Shown in pieces: positions 31,997 through 32,000 of a stretch of DNA of 32,000 nt. The stretch lies in the NCBI RefSeq assembly GCF_009601705.1, contig NZ_CP045687.1:95527-127526 (forward strand), read 5' to 3'. A model generated the notes under the pieces. It had not been told where the DNA came from, searched no databases, and saw nothing but the letters and a program-made list of their open reading frames with translations. The translations under genes were made by a program, and so were the position numbers. Position 1 is the first letter of the stretch, and every line of letters starts with the position of its first letter. This DNA is from Saccharolobus sp. E5-1-F. GTDB lineage: Archaea > Thermoproteota > Thermoprotei_A > Sulfolobales > Sulfolobaceae.

Positions 31997-32000
31997 GTTT

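Overview
This is AT-rich, gene-dense crenarchaeal chromosome, almost certainly Sulfolobus/Saccharolobus judging by protein similarity from memory. There are no rRNA genes, tRNA genes or CRISPR arrays that I can support. From left to right it carries: (1) an amine/amino-acid catabolism neighbourhood with two class-III aminotransferases, an APC permease, a metallophosphoesterase and an M20/carbamoylase-type amidohydrolase; (2) a transporter-rich stretch with an MFS gene split by a one-base shift, a Zn-alcohol/sugar dehydrogenase, 14-TM MFS exporters and a decayed ABC permease; (3) a core block with a YkgJ-type Cys-cluster protein, a TPR protein, an AIR-synthase-like protein, DoxX, PhoH-KH, methylthioadenosine phosphorylase and an SMP-30 lactonase; (4) a Ser/Thr-tailed mini membrane protein coupled to an APC-like permease; (5) an overlapping pair encoding a zinc-finger + TenA/PqqC-like (heme-oxygenase-like fold) protein and a TRASH-like Cys protein; (6) DUF35-thiolase, GYD, M48 protease, S9 peptidase and CBS genes; (7) a mercury resistance locus (merR / merH-merA-merI) with an 18-bp perfect palindrome. 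The most interesting items are the zinc-finger/HO-like oxidase + TRASH pair, an unannotated GC-richer structured island at about 7095-7242, three single-nucleotide frame disruptions (MFS, CBS, merI) that could be recoding, decay or sequencing error, and the composite hairpin between merA and merI. No clearly new defence or mobile system is evident.
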